Shown here piece by piece: positions 38,598 through 50,799 of a stretch of DNA of 64,000 bases; position 1 is the first letter of the stretch; every line of letters starts with the position of its first letter. The stretch spans positions 33,480,001 to 33,544,000 of the forward strand of contig NC_043004.1 of NCBI RefSeq assembly GCF_006345805.1, written 5' to 3'. Under the pieces are notes generated by a model. It was not told where the DNA came from, did no database searches, and saw only the letters and a list, made by a program, of their open reading frames with translations. This DNA comes from Octopus sinensis (lineage: Eukaryota). Both the position numbers and the translations under genes were made by a program.

Positions 38598-39329
38598 ATA
38601 ATGGTATTTTGAGATGACTTCCCCATAGAGTGAAACAAATAAGGTAAGTTGGTTGGTCAAGATTGAACATACAATATTACTTTTTTTTTTCATAGAAATG
38701 GAAGATAAAGATCGAAATTATATGTGAATTTATTCATATTTCATCTAAGTTTATATTCTCCAACAACTCCTTTCTTATTTTAAGACAGCAGAGAGTGATA
38801 TGAAGATTTGTCCATTTTTTTTTCCTGAAATAGCATGGAAACATTGTCTTCCATTCTTGACACAAGAATTTTGGTTTTTGTTCTAAATACATGCATACAG
38901 TCTGAATCCATGATATAGTTGAGAAGAAGACTATGTAGATCGAGGGTGGTGGGCAAGGATTTATTGTTATACTAGAGTGTTACTCATCACATAATGGATA
39001 ACTTTAGAAGTATACTTTTACCACCATTGGGTAACATTAGCAGTTATGGCATATCCACAATAAATATGATCATCAAATTTCTTGGAGTTTATTCAAAATG
39101 ATGAAATGAATACCATTCTGTAAAAAAAAAAGAGGTATTTATTAAGATAAAATTAAACAAAACAATATTCAAAATTTAGAAAAATATTGTAAAAACACAG
39201 TTACTGTTGGTTTTATAATACAAATGTTCGCACACACACATGCATTCTCTCTCTCTCATAGATACATATACATACATGCATACACACACACATTCTGTGT
39301 TAAAGGAAGAAATGGTTAGCAGTGAAAAT

Positions 39330-39790
39330 TCTGTAAATAATAATGATAATTCACTAATTCTAAGCCTAAAGCTTAAAAGCGTTTACTTTGTGTTGGCTGA
39401 AGAAAATAGTTTGATACTGAGGCATATAAGCCCTCGATGGAAGAAAGTGGGAATTAGTATGTACTGCTAGCCCCCTCTGGCCCCTGTGCCAGTGGTATGT
39501 AAAAGAGCACCCACTATACTCTCGGAGGGGTTGGCCTTAGGACGGGCATCCAGCTGTAGAAACACTGCCAGATCAGACTGGGCCTGGTGTAGCCTTCTGA
39601 CTTCCCAGATCCCAGTCGAACTGTCCAACCCATGCCAGCATGGAAAACGAACGTTAAATGATGATGATGGGAATACTAATACTTACTTTCTTCCATCGAG
39701 GGCTTAAATGCCTCGCTATTATACTATTTTCTTCAGCCAATGCGCAGTGAATGCCCATAAGCTTAAAACTTATAATAATTATTATTATTT
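39330..39790. mobile_element. Palindromic MITE-like element (~130-bp inverted arms) with a family C copy (39470-39670, +) in its centre
   Basis: ttggctgaagaaaatagt...aagccctcgatggaagaaagt (39392-39448) is the reverse complement of 39685-39741. Confidence 0.7.
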
Positions 39791-40111
39791 ACAAAATATA
39801 TGTGTGTGTGTGTGTGTGTTTGTGTACACCACAAGCCAGCTTGGAAAACAGATGTTAAAGGATGATGATGATGATGATTCTTTCTCCTCCTTCTCTTCAG
39901 TTTCTCTGACTTTTTCTCTCTCAGAGTGTGTGTGCAGCACTCAGTTACTCATTGCCCATCACCAAGCCTAGTATGTGCACTGATTCTGTTCCTCTCAGTA
40001 TCTCTCTTTTGTCCTGTCATCACCTCTCTGTACAATGTAAGGTGTGACTGGAGAAACCAACCAACAAACATTTACATCAGTCATTATTAAACAGAGTGAT
40101 TTTAACACAGT

Positions 40112-40317
40112 GAATGGGTAGAATCATTAGCATGCCAAACTTAATGCTTAGCAGCATTTTGTCTGTCTATATGTTCTGAGTTCAAATTCTGCTGGAGTTG
40201 TCTTTGCCTTTCATCCTTTTAGGGCTAACGAAATAAGTACCAGTTAAACACTGGGGTTGATGTAATCGACTAGATCCCTCCTCACAAATTTCAGACTTTG
40301 TGCCTACAATAGAAAGG
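40112..40317 (+). mobile_element. SINE family B
   Basis: gagttcaaattctgctggagttgtctttgcctttcatcc. Confidence 0.75.
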
Positions 40318-40405
40318 TTTATCAAACAGAGATTGTGAGGAATTGTCAGTTTTCATAATGATATGCAAAGAATTATTGTCAGTTTGGGACTACAATAATT
40401 CTTAC

Positions 40406-40476
40406 AAACTCTATGAATTCTTGTTGTTTCTTTGGCCCTGGGCTTTTGAGTGGATAAATTGTGGGTTTATCAAAGC
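40406..40476 (-). CDS. Candidate exon (phase 1 to 0: GFDKPTIYPLKSPGPKKQQEFIEF)
   Basis: Branch-like cctaat, strong polypyrimidine tract ccttcctgtcctcctttcgacAG, donor TTT|GTAAGA. Confidence 0.4.
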
Positions 40477-40519
40477 CTGTCGAAAGGAGGACAGGAAGGA
40501 TTAGGTTATGAGTGTTATG

Positions 40520-40805
40520 CTTTCTGTGTTCTTTTCTCTTGCCCCTCATCATAGTCATCATCACCATCATCATCGTCGTTTAACATCCACTTTCCATACT
40601 GGCATGGTTGGACGGTTTAACTGGGGGCTGGTAAGCCAGAAAGCTGTACAAGGCTCCAATTCGATCTGTCAATGTTTCTACAGCTGGATGCCCTTCCTAA
40701 CACCAACCACTCCTAGAGTGTACTGGGTGCTTTTTACATGTCATCAACATGGGGGACAGTCAGGTGGCACTGGCAACAACCATGTTCGAACGGTGCTTTT
40801 TATGT
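40520..40805 (-). mobile_element. Retroposon family C
   Basis: catcatcgtcgtttaacatcc...cagctggatgcccttcctaacaccaaccactc. Confidence 0.8.
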
Positions 40806-40904
40806 ACCCAGTTTGTCTTCTGTTATCTCATATAATATGATGTGGCCATTGGCAGAGTTGTTGTTATTGTTATTGTTTAACCCTGGGCGAAAACTGATGA
40901 AGTG

Positions 40905-41112
40905 AAAGGCAGTGAGCTGGCAGAATTGTTAGCAAGCCGGGCAAAATGCTTACTGGTATTTTGTCTGTCTTTACGTTCTGAGTTCAAATTCCACTGAGGT
41001 CAACTTTGCCTTTCATCCTTTTGGGGTCGATAAATTAAGTACCAGTTGCATACTGGGGTCAGTCTAATCGACTGGCCCCTTCCCCAAAAGTTTCAGGCCT
41101 TGTGCCAAGAGT
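40905..41112 (+). mobile_element. SINE family B
   Basis: aggcagtgagctggcagaattgttagcaagccgggc... Confidence 0.85.
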
Positions 41113-42454
41113 AGAAAAGAATGCTGATGGAACTGTACTACACCCCAACTATGAAAATGCTGTCCGTTTAGAAATATATAGGACTATATCATCCAGTGTT
41201 TCTTCCCTTTTCCAACTCAGTAGAATAATGTGGGTTAAGGGAGATTTAGTTCTTATTTCTAGCACTTCAGATGACCACGTGTAGTCCCCATTATCGACCT
41301 ATTGAATTGTTGATGTTACTAATTACTTTGCATAATGTTTTACTGCTTCACTTGTCGTTTATTCTGGATACAAATATTTGCCAGTTTTTCTGCTTTTCTC
41401 GGCTTCATTTTCTTTGTTATTTCCTTGTTTCATTGTTTGATGCTAACTTTTATTTCCTTTGCATGTGGTGTTGGCGTTACATTTCAGCTTCTCCCTGGTA
41501 ATTATCATGTTGGCTATTTGCCCTGCAAGATACACTTTTATTTTATCGTTTTTAGTTTTTGGAAACTTTTACTGATATTCCATTGAATGTCTGTGCTGCA
41601 ACATCTATGTTGGTGATTGCAATGATGTGGGATTCTACACGCCATAATTCTATCACTTGGACGAAACCATTCCATGGATCATGTTCCAAATCTCTGGAAT
41701 TCTTTTTATTTGTGTGTGTGTGTGTGTGCGTGTTGTGATGAGAATGGGCAAGTGACTGAGAGTTGAAGATTGGCTGTTACTTGATTGCTATGGAAACAGA
41801 ATATTATGACCGGAGGAGAGTTATCCTATTGATGAGGAATGTCAGCTACTCAGAGTACCTACATATCTCCCAAAGCAGGATGGTTTGCTTGAACTGAAGT
41901 CTGTTCTAATTATGATATTTGGAAACGGCTTAAAATGTCATTGATTCCCTTTATAACCATCTCATCAATTCATTCAAGCATAGCATATCACAAACTACAT
42001 AATCCAACGTGTCTTTTTTAAAAGATATGTGTGAGATTTGACTGATATTTTTCGCAGGCTGAGTGACAATATATAGAGGATTACACCTTTGATTCGTATT
42101 TCTTATCCTGACTTTAAACTGCATCCTTATAGATTTGATGTGTTGTCTATAATTTGGTCTTTGTATTATTTCTTCATTATTTACCAGGCTATCTCTCGTT
42201 ATGCAGTTGTTGTATGTAATGAAGAAGTCTTTTATGTGTGAATTCTAAAGCAAATTAAACAATGCAGAGAACAACAATAATTTATTTTTTATCAATTTTT
42301 TTCCCTTTATATTTTCCTTTATTTCAACCAGCAAACTTGCACATTGCAAATACAACATGTAAGTGGAACAGTAAAAATATGCAAGAGTTTTTTCAAGTTC
42401 CGTACGTGATATTATTTTTATCTACATTCCAATGATGAAGATTTGTACGTTTGT

Positions 42455-42870
42455 TAGAAACCTTTCCCCTTGTAGCAGTTAACTATGGTGCTGCTACACC
42501 AGTCATTGGGTATGACTCCTTCATGAACTACCTGATTTACAGTACTGGTGACTAGACCATAGCCCACACTGCCAGATATTTCAAGCTTCCCAACAGTGAT
42601 TCCTGATGGGCCAGGTGCTTTCCGTCTTCATATCCTTAATTGCTTTATCTACCTGGGTACTGTCAATTTGGATAGCTGGTCCCTCAAGTGGGTCAACCTT
42701 TGGCAGACTCTTCTCCTTCCATTCATTCTCCACATTCAGCAGTCTTTTATAATGGCTTCTCCAAGCCTTTTTCTTTGCTCTAATGGCCCTGTCTACAGCA
42801 ATGTTCCACCACCATGTTACCCTAGGTCTGGAAGGCACTTTGCCCCAGCTACAGATTTGGTCTGTGGTAA
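42455..42870 (-). pseudogene. APE-clade (RTE-like) LINE ORF fragment, pre-RT region, internally deleted
   Basis: RPRVTWWWNIAVDRAIRAKKKAW...VDKAIKDMKT/KAPGPSGIT...EGVIPNDWCSSTIVNCYKGKG with one frameshift. Confidence 0.8.
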
Positions 42871-42900
42871 TATATATGTTATATATATATACATACATAA

Positions 42901-42936
<36 letters not shown>

Positions 42937-42949
42937 TATATATATGTAG

Positions 42950-43125
42950 AGGAGAATTCATAAAAAAAAGACGAAGGCAGGTGGTGTAGACAACAGATAT
43001 ATTAATTTAACGCTTGGTAGGTGAAAAAGTCTTTAACGTTTTGAGCCTATGCTCTTCCACAGAAAGAAACAAGGAGAGAAAATAAAGAATGTGTAGTGGC
43101 CAGCGATCTATCATGGGCGAATATA
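42950..43125 (-). mobile_element. Penelope-like repeat fragment with degenerate hammerhead-like core (43030-43068)
   Basis: Minus: tcttt-CTGTGGAA-GAGC-atag-GCTC-aAAACGTT-aaaga. Confidence 0.45.
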
Positions 43126-43172
<47 letters not shown>

Positions 43173-43205
43173 GGCAAAATATTTTGCAAGAGTGCAAATG
43201 CTTAC

Positions 43206-43226
43206 TTTCTTGTTTTGCAAAGTCAA
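43206..43226 (-). CDS. Candidate 21-nt symmetric microexon (phase 1: VDFAKQE)
   Basis: aaattattcAG|TTGACTTTGCAAAACAAGAAA|GTAAGC. Confidence 0.25.
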
Positions 43227-44039
43227 CTGAATAATTTATGTTCTTCAAAATGTTCGCAGACATTTTCTTGTTTAAATGGACAATGTTTACAAATAGCTAA
43301 AGGCCAGAAGAAGACTAAAGGCAGATGTCGTAGGTCCTTTTAAAATTGTGGAAATTATTTATCAACAAATGATTTTTTATTCATCCTAATGTTTTTCATT
43401 GCTTCAGACGACTGATTAGAAGTAACACACAATAAAACGACCAACTAAGAGAGAGAGAGAGAGGAGAGAGTGGGAAGAAAAAGGGGAGAGAGAGAGGAAA
43501 AGAGAGGGGGAGAGGGGGAGCAAGGGGAAGAGAGAGAGAGAGTGCAAAGTAACACAGTTGGTAGATGGCTTTTATTGGGGAGAGAAACCATGTACCAACT
43601 GTGTTGAGAGAAAAGGAGAAAAAAGGCTTCGGTAGATGAAGCAGTTGGCAGTTAGCTGATTGCTGTTTGGATAGAATGGTACGCATGACAAAATGGCGAA
43701 ATTGAGATGTCAACGGTCAAATAAGGGTACCACAGTTCCATAAATAAAATGGCTTTAAATCTGTTAGGATAATAAATCCGTATTTTTCGATTTTTAAGGG
43801 ATGTTGAATGAATGATTCATCAATTCAGTTATGTAACATGGGTTTGGACCCTCCTGTGTGATGAGCAAGTTGGTTGCTCCCTTCCTTAAATATAACACAC
43901 CCTTAGCACCTGTGTATGAAGTAGATGGTTGCCCCCTTCCTGAATTGTAACATGTGATTCAAAGCATAACTGCTAGACAACTGGTCAGGCACCATAACCA
44001 AACTACAATAGTTTCATGTTTCATGTGAGTGGTCAATTA

Positions 44040-44215
44040 AGCAGCTGGCAGAAACGTTATTGGTATTTCGTCTGTCTCTACGTTCTGAGTTCAAAATCTG
44101 CCAAGGTCAACTTTGTCTTTCATCCTTTCGGGGACGATAAATTAAGGACCAGATATGCAGTGGGGTAATCGGCTTAATCCCTTTGTCTGTCCTTGTTTGG
44201 CCCCTTGTGGACAAG
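44040..44215 (+). mobile_element. SINE family B
   Basis: gcagctggcagaaacgtt...gtctttcatcctttcgggg. Confidence 0.75.
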
Positions 44216-44599
44216 AAGAAAAAAAGCAACCAATCAGAGTCAAGCTGTGGCATGATGTAGTCTTCTAGAATCTTTTTCTTGTACCCTATAGAAGACCACT
44301 TTCGCACCAAACTCTATGAAGCATGTTGAGGGCAGCTCAGCAACATGGGCCTCCATTCCTGCCATGGTGATGTCTGAAGACATTTGTGAAGACAACCAAA
44401 GACCTTTGAAACCATGAATATAACATATATTTCATATATGTTGGGTTGACTGGATGTTGCCAGACAGATAGTTTTTTTGTAATTTCAGAGTAGTGTCTCT
44501 TTCTCAGTCCATAATTATTAATGTTATTAATGTTATTAATTTAAATGGCCACACTGATTGTCTTTATGTGCGACAATAAATATTAAATAATAACGTGTC

Positions 44600-45355
44600 A
44601 GTGTTAAGGAGTATGTAATAATGAGCAGAATTAAATAAGTTGAAATATGTTTGTCACTTATTTCAACTTCTAAAAGGCAAAAACAATGCAGTTAATGTCT
44701 CTTATACTAAAAAGAAAAAAAAGGTGTGGAATCACCCAGTTCATTTAGTGTTGCCATCTATTAGGAATCTTAGACATCAATGTTTCAAGCCACTTGGCTC
44801 TCGTCTATGAGATATACCTAAGAGAGGAAACTCTGAATGAACTTATAAAGCCAACATATATAATTTAGTCAACACCGAATGAACCAGGTGTTTTCACACC
44901 TTTTTACTATAAAAGAGATTTATTCTCCGTGGTAACTACAGTGTATTTGTCTTTTAGAAGTTGAAATATGTGACAAAAATACTTCAACTTTCCTAATTCT
45001 TTTCATACTTACACACTGCTTAGCAGTGACACGTTGTTATTTACCTCAGTCGGGCAATCAACTTGTACTATTCAGTCAACGTGTTGTCTGAATTATATAT
45101 ATAGCTATGGCTTTATAAGTTCGTTCAGAGTTGCCTCTCTTAGTTACATCTCATTGACAAGAGTCAAGTAGCTTGAAACATCAATATCTGAGATTCCTAA
45201 TAGATAGAAACACAGAACGAGCAGGGTGTTTTCAGACCTTTTTTTTTTTAAACCATATGAGAGAATTATTTTCCATGGTAACTGTAATACATTTGCTTTT
45301 AGCAGTTGAAATATGTGACAAAAATATTTCAACTTATCTAATTCTGCTCAATAAA
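44600..45355. mobile_element. MITE-like element: inverted arms ~44605-44750/44870-45000 plus a third arm copy at ~45210-45350
   Basis: ttttagaagttgaaatatgtgacaaaaata(c/t)ttcaact occurs twice on plus and once on minus. Confidence 0.6.
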
Positions 45356-46374
45356 TATTAAATATTTTAAATGTTTGCAAGTTTTGCTTCTGTTATTATA
45401 CATGCACCTGACGAAATATATCCACATTGCATCAACCCAATCACCAATGTGACAATACCTTTGGTTCCAGTAAATACCTGAATATAAAGTGGCCAACCCA
45501 CACGAACAGAACGTCTAACACATCCCACCCTACACCTCTGCAATGGTTTCAATGTTGGACATTCCAGCTGTGTGAGTGATGGAACCAACTATTCATAGAA
45601 TAATGGTCAAAATGGCTGAGTATTCCATAGGCCTTCCTATCTTGAATGGGATTCTCATTTGTATTTTTGATACAGCAGGGTGGGATTTAAGGAAGAAATT
45701 GTTGTTATTTTTAGCAGATCAAAAGACAATGTAAGGGTTTCATACTTTTATCATATTTATTTTTGTTACTCTTGCGTGTGCATGTGTGTGTTTGCATGTG
45801 TATGTGTGTGTTTGTGAGTTGAGAGCCAAGATCATTGTAGCTTTTAGGGCTTTCATCAGGAGATAATGTCAGTTATTTCAGATTTCCTGTGTAGCTTTTG
45901 TTGTATTTTTCAGGGAGGTTTTCGAGTGCTGCGTTTTCCTATTTCTATGTGTGTTGAGATATTTGTACTTTTTCTATATTTTTAGTTTTATGCAATGCTA
46001 TCACCTGAAGCTCTATGTTGTTGTGTATGATGATCCCTTTGCTCACCTATATTGACTCTCCATTGTTCAACAAGTGTCTTAACCATGAAGATACCACATC
46101 ATTTTCCTGGCCTAATGTATTTAGAATGGCATATACCATGTGGGCTTCCTTTTTATGCTTCAGGAAAGAATTGGCTGATAATTCTAATGTTGCAATTCAT
46201 TTATGTAGCATTATGTGGATCCCTAATAAATCTCTTCCAGAATGAAAGGGATTCACACCCATCACTGGTAGCTTACAAAATAACTTGTCACTTCCACAAT
46301 TCTACCACTCCTTGCTTCATGAAATCATTCCTCACTTAGTACTATGTAAGGGTCAGCTGTTAATAATTAAGTTA

Positions 46375-46700
46375 ATTTCATCTGTCTTTGTGTTCTGAGT
46401 TCAAATTCCACCAGATTTGACTTTGCCTTTCATGGTTTCAGGGCTGATAAAAAAGTACCTGTTGAATACTGGGGTCAACATCATCGACTTGCACCATCCC
46501 CTGAAACTCTTGACCTCATTCCAAAATTTGAAGCCAGTTATTAAAGTGAGGACATAGAGTGCTTCTGTGGTTAAGGAGTTAACTCCCTAACCGCAGGGTT
46601 TCGAATTCAGAGAGTAATTTGAACTCAGAATGTTAGGACAGACCAAATGGGGATAAGCATTTCACCTGACATGGTAACAATTCTGCCAGTTTATCACCTC
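46375..46700. mobile_element. SINE family B fragments (46375-46535 +, 46615-46700 -)
   Basis: gagttcaaattccaccagatttgactttgcctttcat; atttgaactcagaatg. Confidence 0.65.
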
Positions 46701-46730
46701 AACTACAACAACAATAAAAAAAAAAAAAAA

Positions 46731-46956
46731 ATGTGTTGATTCTATGGGACTTCCCTGTACATACTGGCAAAACTATAAAAGCTAATAAACAGGGATATTA
46801 TCATAAAAGATCTGACAAAAAGGATGTGTTTGTTAATTGACATGAGTATTCCTTGCGATCATAATATAGCGGCGAAAGAATTTGACAAGATCAGTAAATA
46901 TAAAGACTTGCAAATAGAAATTGAAAAAATGTGGCATGTCAAGGCAACTACAGTAC
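46731..46956 (+). pseudogene. R4/Dong-clade LINE restriction-like endonuclease fragment
   Basis: ILWDFPVHTGKTIKANK/DIIIKDLTKRMCLLIDMSIPCDHNIAAKEFDKISKYKDLQIEIEKMW (PD-D...K motif). Confidence 0.8.
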
Positions 46957-47374
46957 TTGCAACTACAACTACAACTTTCATACTTGCCTGAGTTAGACAG
47001 AGTTTATTTGAGGTAAACATTCGCCTGTTTCTTGGTAAGGTTGTATTTCCAGTGGCCAGACATATCCTCTTTGTCTCGATATCGCGTGATAATCACAAAC
47101 AATTGTCAGTCACTGTCATACAAGCAGAGTCATTCATTTCCAACGTTCTGCAGAAACATGACCAACACTCTGGGGAAATATTACCTTGTTCAGAAACAAG
47201 TGAGGGTTAGTGACAGGAAGGGCATCCAGCTGTAAAAAAAAATCTACCTCAATAAACTCTGTCAAACCCATGCAAATGTGGGAAGCTAAATATTAAATGG
47301 TGATGACGACAATGATGATGATAATTATAATGATGATGGCGGTGGTGGTGGTGGCAGTGCTGCTGCTGCTTGTT

Positions 47375-47752
47375 TGTTTGTTTGTTTGTTTGTTGAGTGA
47401 AGTGGTCTTCGTCCTGTACTGGGAGAAGTCTGAAACGTGGTCCTTTGCTATTCGTAAGAGCCGTAGAAGAGAAAGCAGGTCAACCCCCGACGCCGAGAGC
47501 ATCGACGGATTGATGAATGCACATCCAGGCTCAGCAGTTGCGTAGGAAGACAGAGACAAGAAACAGGAAGAAAGAGTGAGAGAAAGTTGGAGCGAAAGAG
47601 TACAACAGGGGTCGCCACCACTCCCTGCTGGAGCCTCGTGGAGCTTTAGGTGCTTTCGCTCAATAAACACACACGACACCCGGTCTGGGAATCGAAACCG
47701 TGATCCTCTGACCGTGAGTCCGCTGCCCTAAACACTGGGTCATTGCGCCTCC
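47375..47752 (-). mobile_element. tRNA-headed SINE (distinct body), (AAAC)n tail
   Basis: Minus: ggaggcgcaatgacccagtgtttagggcagcggactcacggtc...ggtttcgattcccagacc. Confidence 0.8.
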
Positions 47753-48251
47753 AGCTGCTGCTGCTGCTGCTACTTCTGATGTTTTGGTCATGGACAACAT
47801 GCAACATTATATTAGCTGGTTGTTCAGAACCTCTTAACTCAACCTTTTTCTTTTTTGTTTTTTAATTAATGAAACAAAAACATAACCCGGTAAACCATAA
47901 GTCAAGAAGACACCATGCTCTGATAAATTTCAAAATGATGCACAACTGACAAAGGAAACAAAACAGATCTAAGCTACTGCTCAAAGACTGCTCAAAGACA
48001 TAAAATAAAGCACAAAAGCAGAGGTTTTATACAAAAACATAAAACAATAACCAAAAATTAGTCATATTATCTGCTTGGCCATTCTAATTTCAGGTTGACT
48101 CTCTGTTGCAAAGAAATAACTAACTCTGCATCATTTTTATTTGGCAATAACAATTGAATATTGGCCTATCTTGTTGACCTTTTTGTCATAAAATGTTGTA
48201 ATATATCTAAATTAAAGTCTGTTTATTTGTTCCTAGACATTAATATCTCAC

Positions 48252-48362
48252 CTTTTAAGTACAGTCTTCCCACCTCCGGAAAAAACCAACCCTCTCGGGG
48301 CAAATAGATGTGTTTGAAGGTCTCGAGTTGATTGAATTTGTACTTGATAATGAATTTGACAT
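48252..48362 (-). CDS. Candidate exon (phase 1: DVKFIIKYKFNQLETFKHIYLPREGWFFPEVGRLYLK); acceptor and frame uncertain
   Basis: Strong donor AAG|GTGAGA at 48251; weak GAG acceptor; other frames are also open over most of it. Confidence 0.3.
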
Positions 48363-48411
48363 CTCATACTTTTTGATTGATGGTTGCCAAAGGCAAACTC
48401 AGGAATGACAG

Positions 48412-48425
48412 GGATAATAATAATT

Positions 48426-48470
<45 letters not shown>

Positions 48471-48652
48471 ATAATAATAATGATAATAATAACAATAACA
48501 ATAACGATGATGATGATGATGATGATGATGAGAGTAATAATATTTATAACCACATCAACAGCAATGACAACAAGCAGTAACAACAATGACAACAACAAAA
48601 GCAATAACAAGAATAATAATGATGATGATGGTGGTGATGATGGTGATGATGA

Positions 48653-48686
<34 letters not shown>

Positions 48687-48718
48687 GGTGGTGGTGGTGG
48701 TGGTGGTGGTGGTGGTGG

Positions 48719-48753
<35 letters not shown>

Positions 48754-48765
48754 GTGATGATGATA

Positions 48766-48803
<38 letters not shown>

Positions 48804-48804
48804 A

Positions 48805-48842
<38 letters not shown>

Positions 48843-48925
48843 GATGACGAGAGTTATAATATTTATAAAAACAACAGCAGCAACAACATCAGTAACAACA
48901 ACAACAACAATAATGATAAAAATAG
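48412..48925. repeat. Compound trinucleotide microsatellite (TAG/AAT/GAT/GGT/AAC)
   Basis: Directly visible. Confidence 0.95.
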
Positions 48926-48929
48926 TAAT

Positions 48930-49122
48930 CCTTTCTAACATAGGAACAAGGCCTGAAATTGATTATATCGATCTCAGCTCTCAGCTGGTACTTATTTCAT
49001 TGACCCCAAAAGAATGAAAGCAAAGACAATCCAGGTGTAATTTGAACTCTGAATGTAAGGACAGACCAAATGGCACCAAGTACTTCACCTGACATGGTAA
49101 CAATTCTGCCAATTCGTCGCCT
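48930..49122 (-). mobile_element. SINE family B
   Basis: ggtacttatttcattgaccccaaaagaatgaaag...atttgaactctgaatg. Confidence 0.7.
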
Positions 49123-49153
<31 letters not shown>

Positions 49154-49180
49154 AAGAAGAAGAAGAAGAAGAAGAAGAAC

Positions 49181-49209
<29 letters not shown>

Positions 49210-49212
<3 letters not shown>

Positions 49213-49543
49213 AATAATAAAAGAAATGGAGAAACTATTAAAATACAAAGACCTGGAAATAGAGGTAACACGAATGTGGAATCTAAAAACAGAAACAATT
49301 CCTATCATTGTAGGTGCATTAGGTATGATAAAAAAAAAATTCAGATAAATGCATAACAAAAACACCAGGACTTACAAATATATATAACATAGAGAAAATT
49401 GCACTACTGGGCACTGCACACATCCTTTATAAAACACTTTCAATACAGTAACTATAAGAACATCACAACAAAGCACAGGGCTGTGCTCGATAATGAAGCG
49501 AAAACATGCTATAAAAATAAGACTATTGAAAAATAATAATAAT
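49210..49543 (+). mobile_element. 5'-truncated R4/Dong-clade LINE (ORF end, 3' UTR, AAT tail) in a microsatellite
   Basis: KEMEKLLKYKDLEIEVTRMWNLKTETIPIIVGALG...IALLGTAHILYKTLSIQ*, ending aaataataataat. Confidence 0.85.
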
Positions 49544-49759
49544 ACTGTATATGTAATCTCAAATTTTAAAACAAACTTCAATAGTGTAAACTTTGATTTT
49601 CTTATGTTTTCTTAAACATTCTCTGGAACAATAATATGGGCAAAACCAAATATATGACACCCTAGGCTTAACACCAACACGAACTTCTAACTTGTTGTCT
49701 CTTAAGGTCTCTGGGTGAGATTTGGAGTCAACTTGTGCTAATTCAAAGCAAAAGTCAAA

Positions 49760-49760
49760 C

Positions 49761-49808
<48 letters not shown>

Positions 49809-49917
49809 TGATGATGATGATGATGATGATGATTACGATGACGATGATGATGATGATGATGATGATAATAATAATAATAATAATAATAATAAGAAGAAGA
49901 AGAAGAAGAAGAAGAAA
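49760..49917. repeat. (AAT)n(GAT)n(AAT)n(AAG)n microsatellite
   Basis: Directly visible. Confidence 0.95.
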
Positions 49918-50799
49918 CACAAAAGAGAACCATGGGAAGTTTCAGCATTAATAGACAATGAAAACTTTCCAGTAATGACAATTAAAAACACAGATCAAAT
50001 AAATTAAAAGATTAAAATGTTGAAGGATAACAAAATAAGCTTTGTTAACTCAATTAATTTTACCTTCTGTAATTAACTTATTCCAAATGTTGATAACGGT
50101 TGGCAGTCTGGTATCATGGGTAAATTAAGTATTGGAGAACTGTTCTTACGAATACCAAATTGATTCAATTCCTTCTGCTGAATAAAAATATGAGAAACAA
50201 TACAAATAAAGAAACCGTTTTATTCAGTCCAAAGTGAATCAAAATTACGTCCTTTGAATCTGATGCTTCAAAGAACGAATATGAAAAGAGCAAAACTGAA
50301 CAACACAAGAAATAATGACCAGGTACAGTATGGAAATCACGGGAACTTATATAAAGGAGTAGGCTATACGTCTGTAGCATTGCAAATAAAACGGAGAAGG
50401 CATAAAGGAACTCAAGTGGAATACGTTTTGACACAACATGCATATTTTACAGCCTTATGTTGTTACACAAAAACGAAAACAAAAGGGAAAACTATGATAC
50501 TAGCCTTATATATATTCTGGAGAGAGATCTGTTGCCCAGCTCTAGCCTCAAGACTAACAAATATGTGCAATGCAGAAAATTTACTGTTAAATGTTGAACA
50601 CAGGTATTGGCATAATGCATAGAGAACTGTCGTCGATATAATAGAAAGCACTTAACTGAAACACTGCACCAGTTTTCTCTCTAAGGTGTGTGCATGTGCA
50701 TGCATATACACCTCTTACAATTAGGAAGAGAAAAAATGTGCACCCACAAGGTTTTAAAGATGAAACAAGATGATTTTAATTAAAGAAATTTGAGTGATG

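Noticed and set aside
38629-38643. Plus-strand 15-nt microexon candidate
   Set aside because: Sits inside an interrupted repeat, with no plus-strand promoter or partner exons; illustrates the chance rate of such signals.
42332-42358. Plus-strand 27-nt microexon candidate with strong acceptor and GTAAGT donor
   Set aside because: Isolated and opposite to the inferred gene direction; cannot be supported without RNA data.
48384-49017. Poly-D/G/M/V/I ORFs (also 10840-11211, 49559-50007, 55352-55844, 56198-56485)
   Set aside because: Trinucleotide microsatellite translations, open on both strands.
50165-50443. Hydrophobic ORF with TVPG, reminiscent of a 7TM receptor TM1-TM2
   Set aside because: Only 92 aa, bounded by stops, with no further TM segments or convincing donor; similarity is impressionistic.
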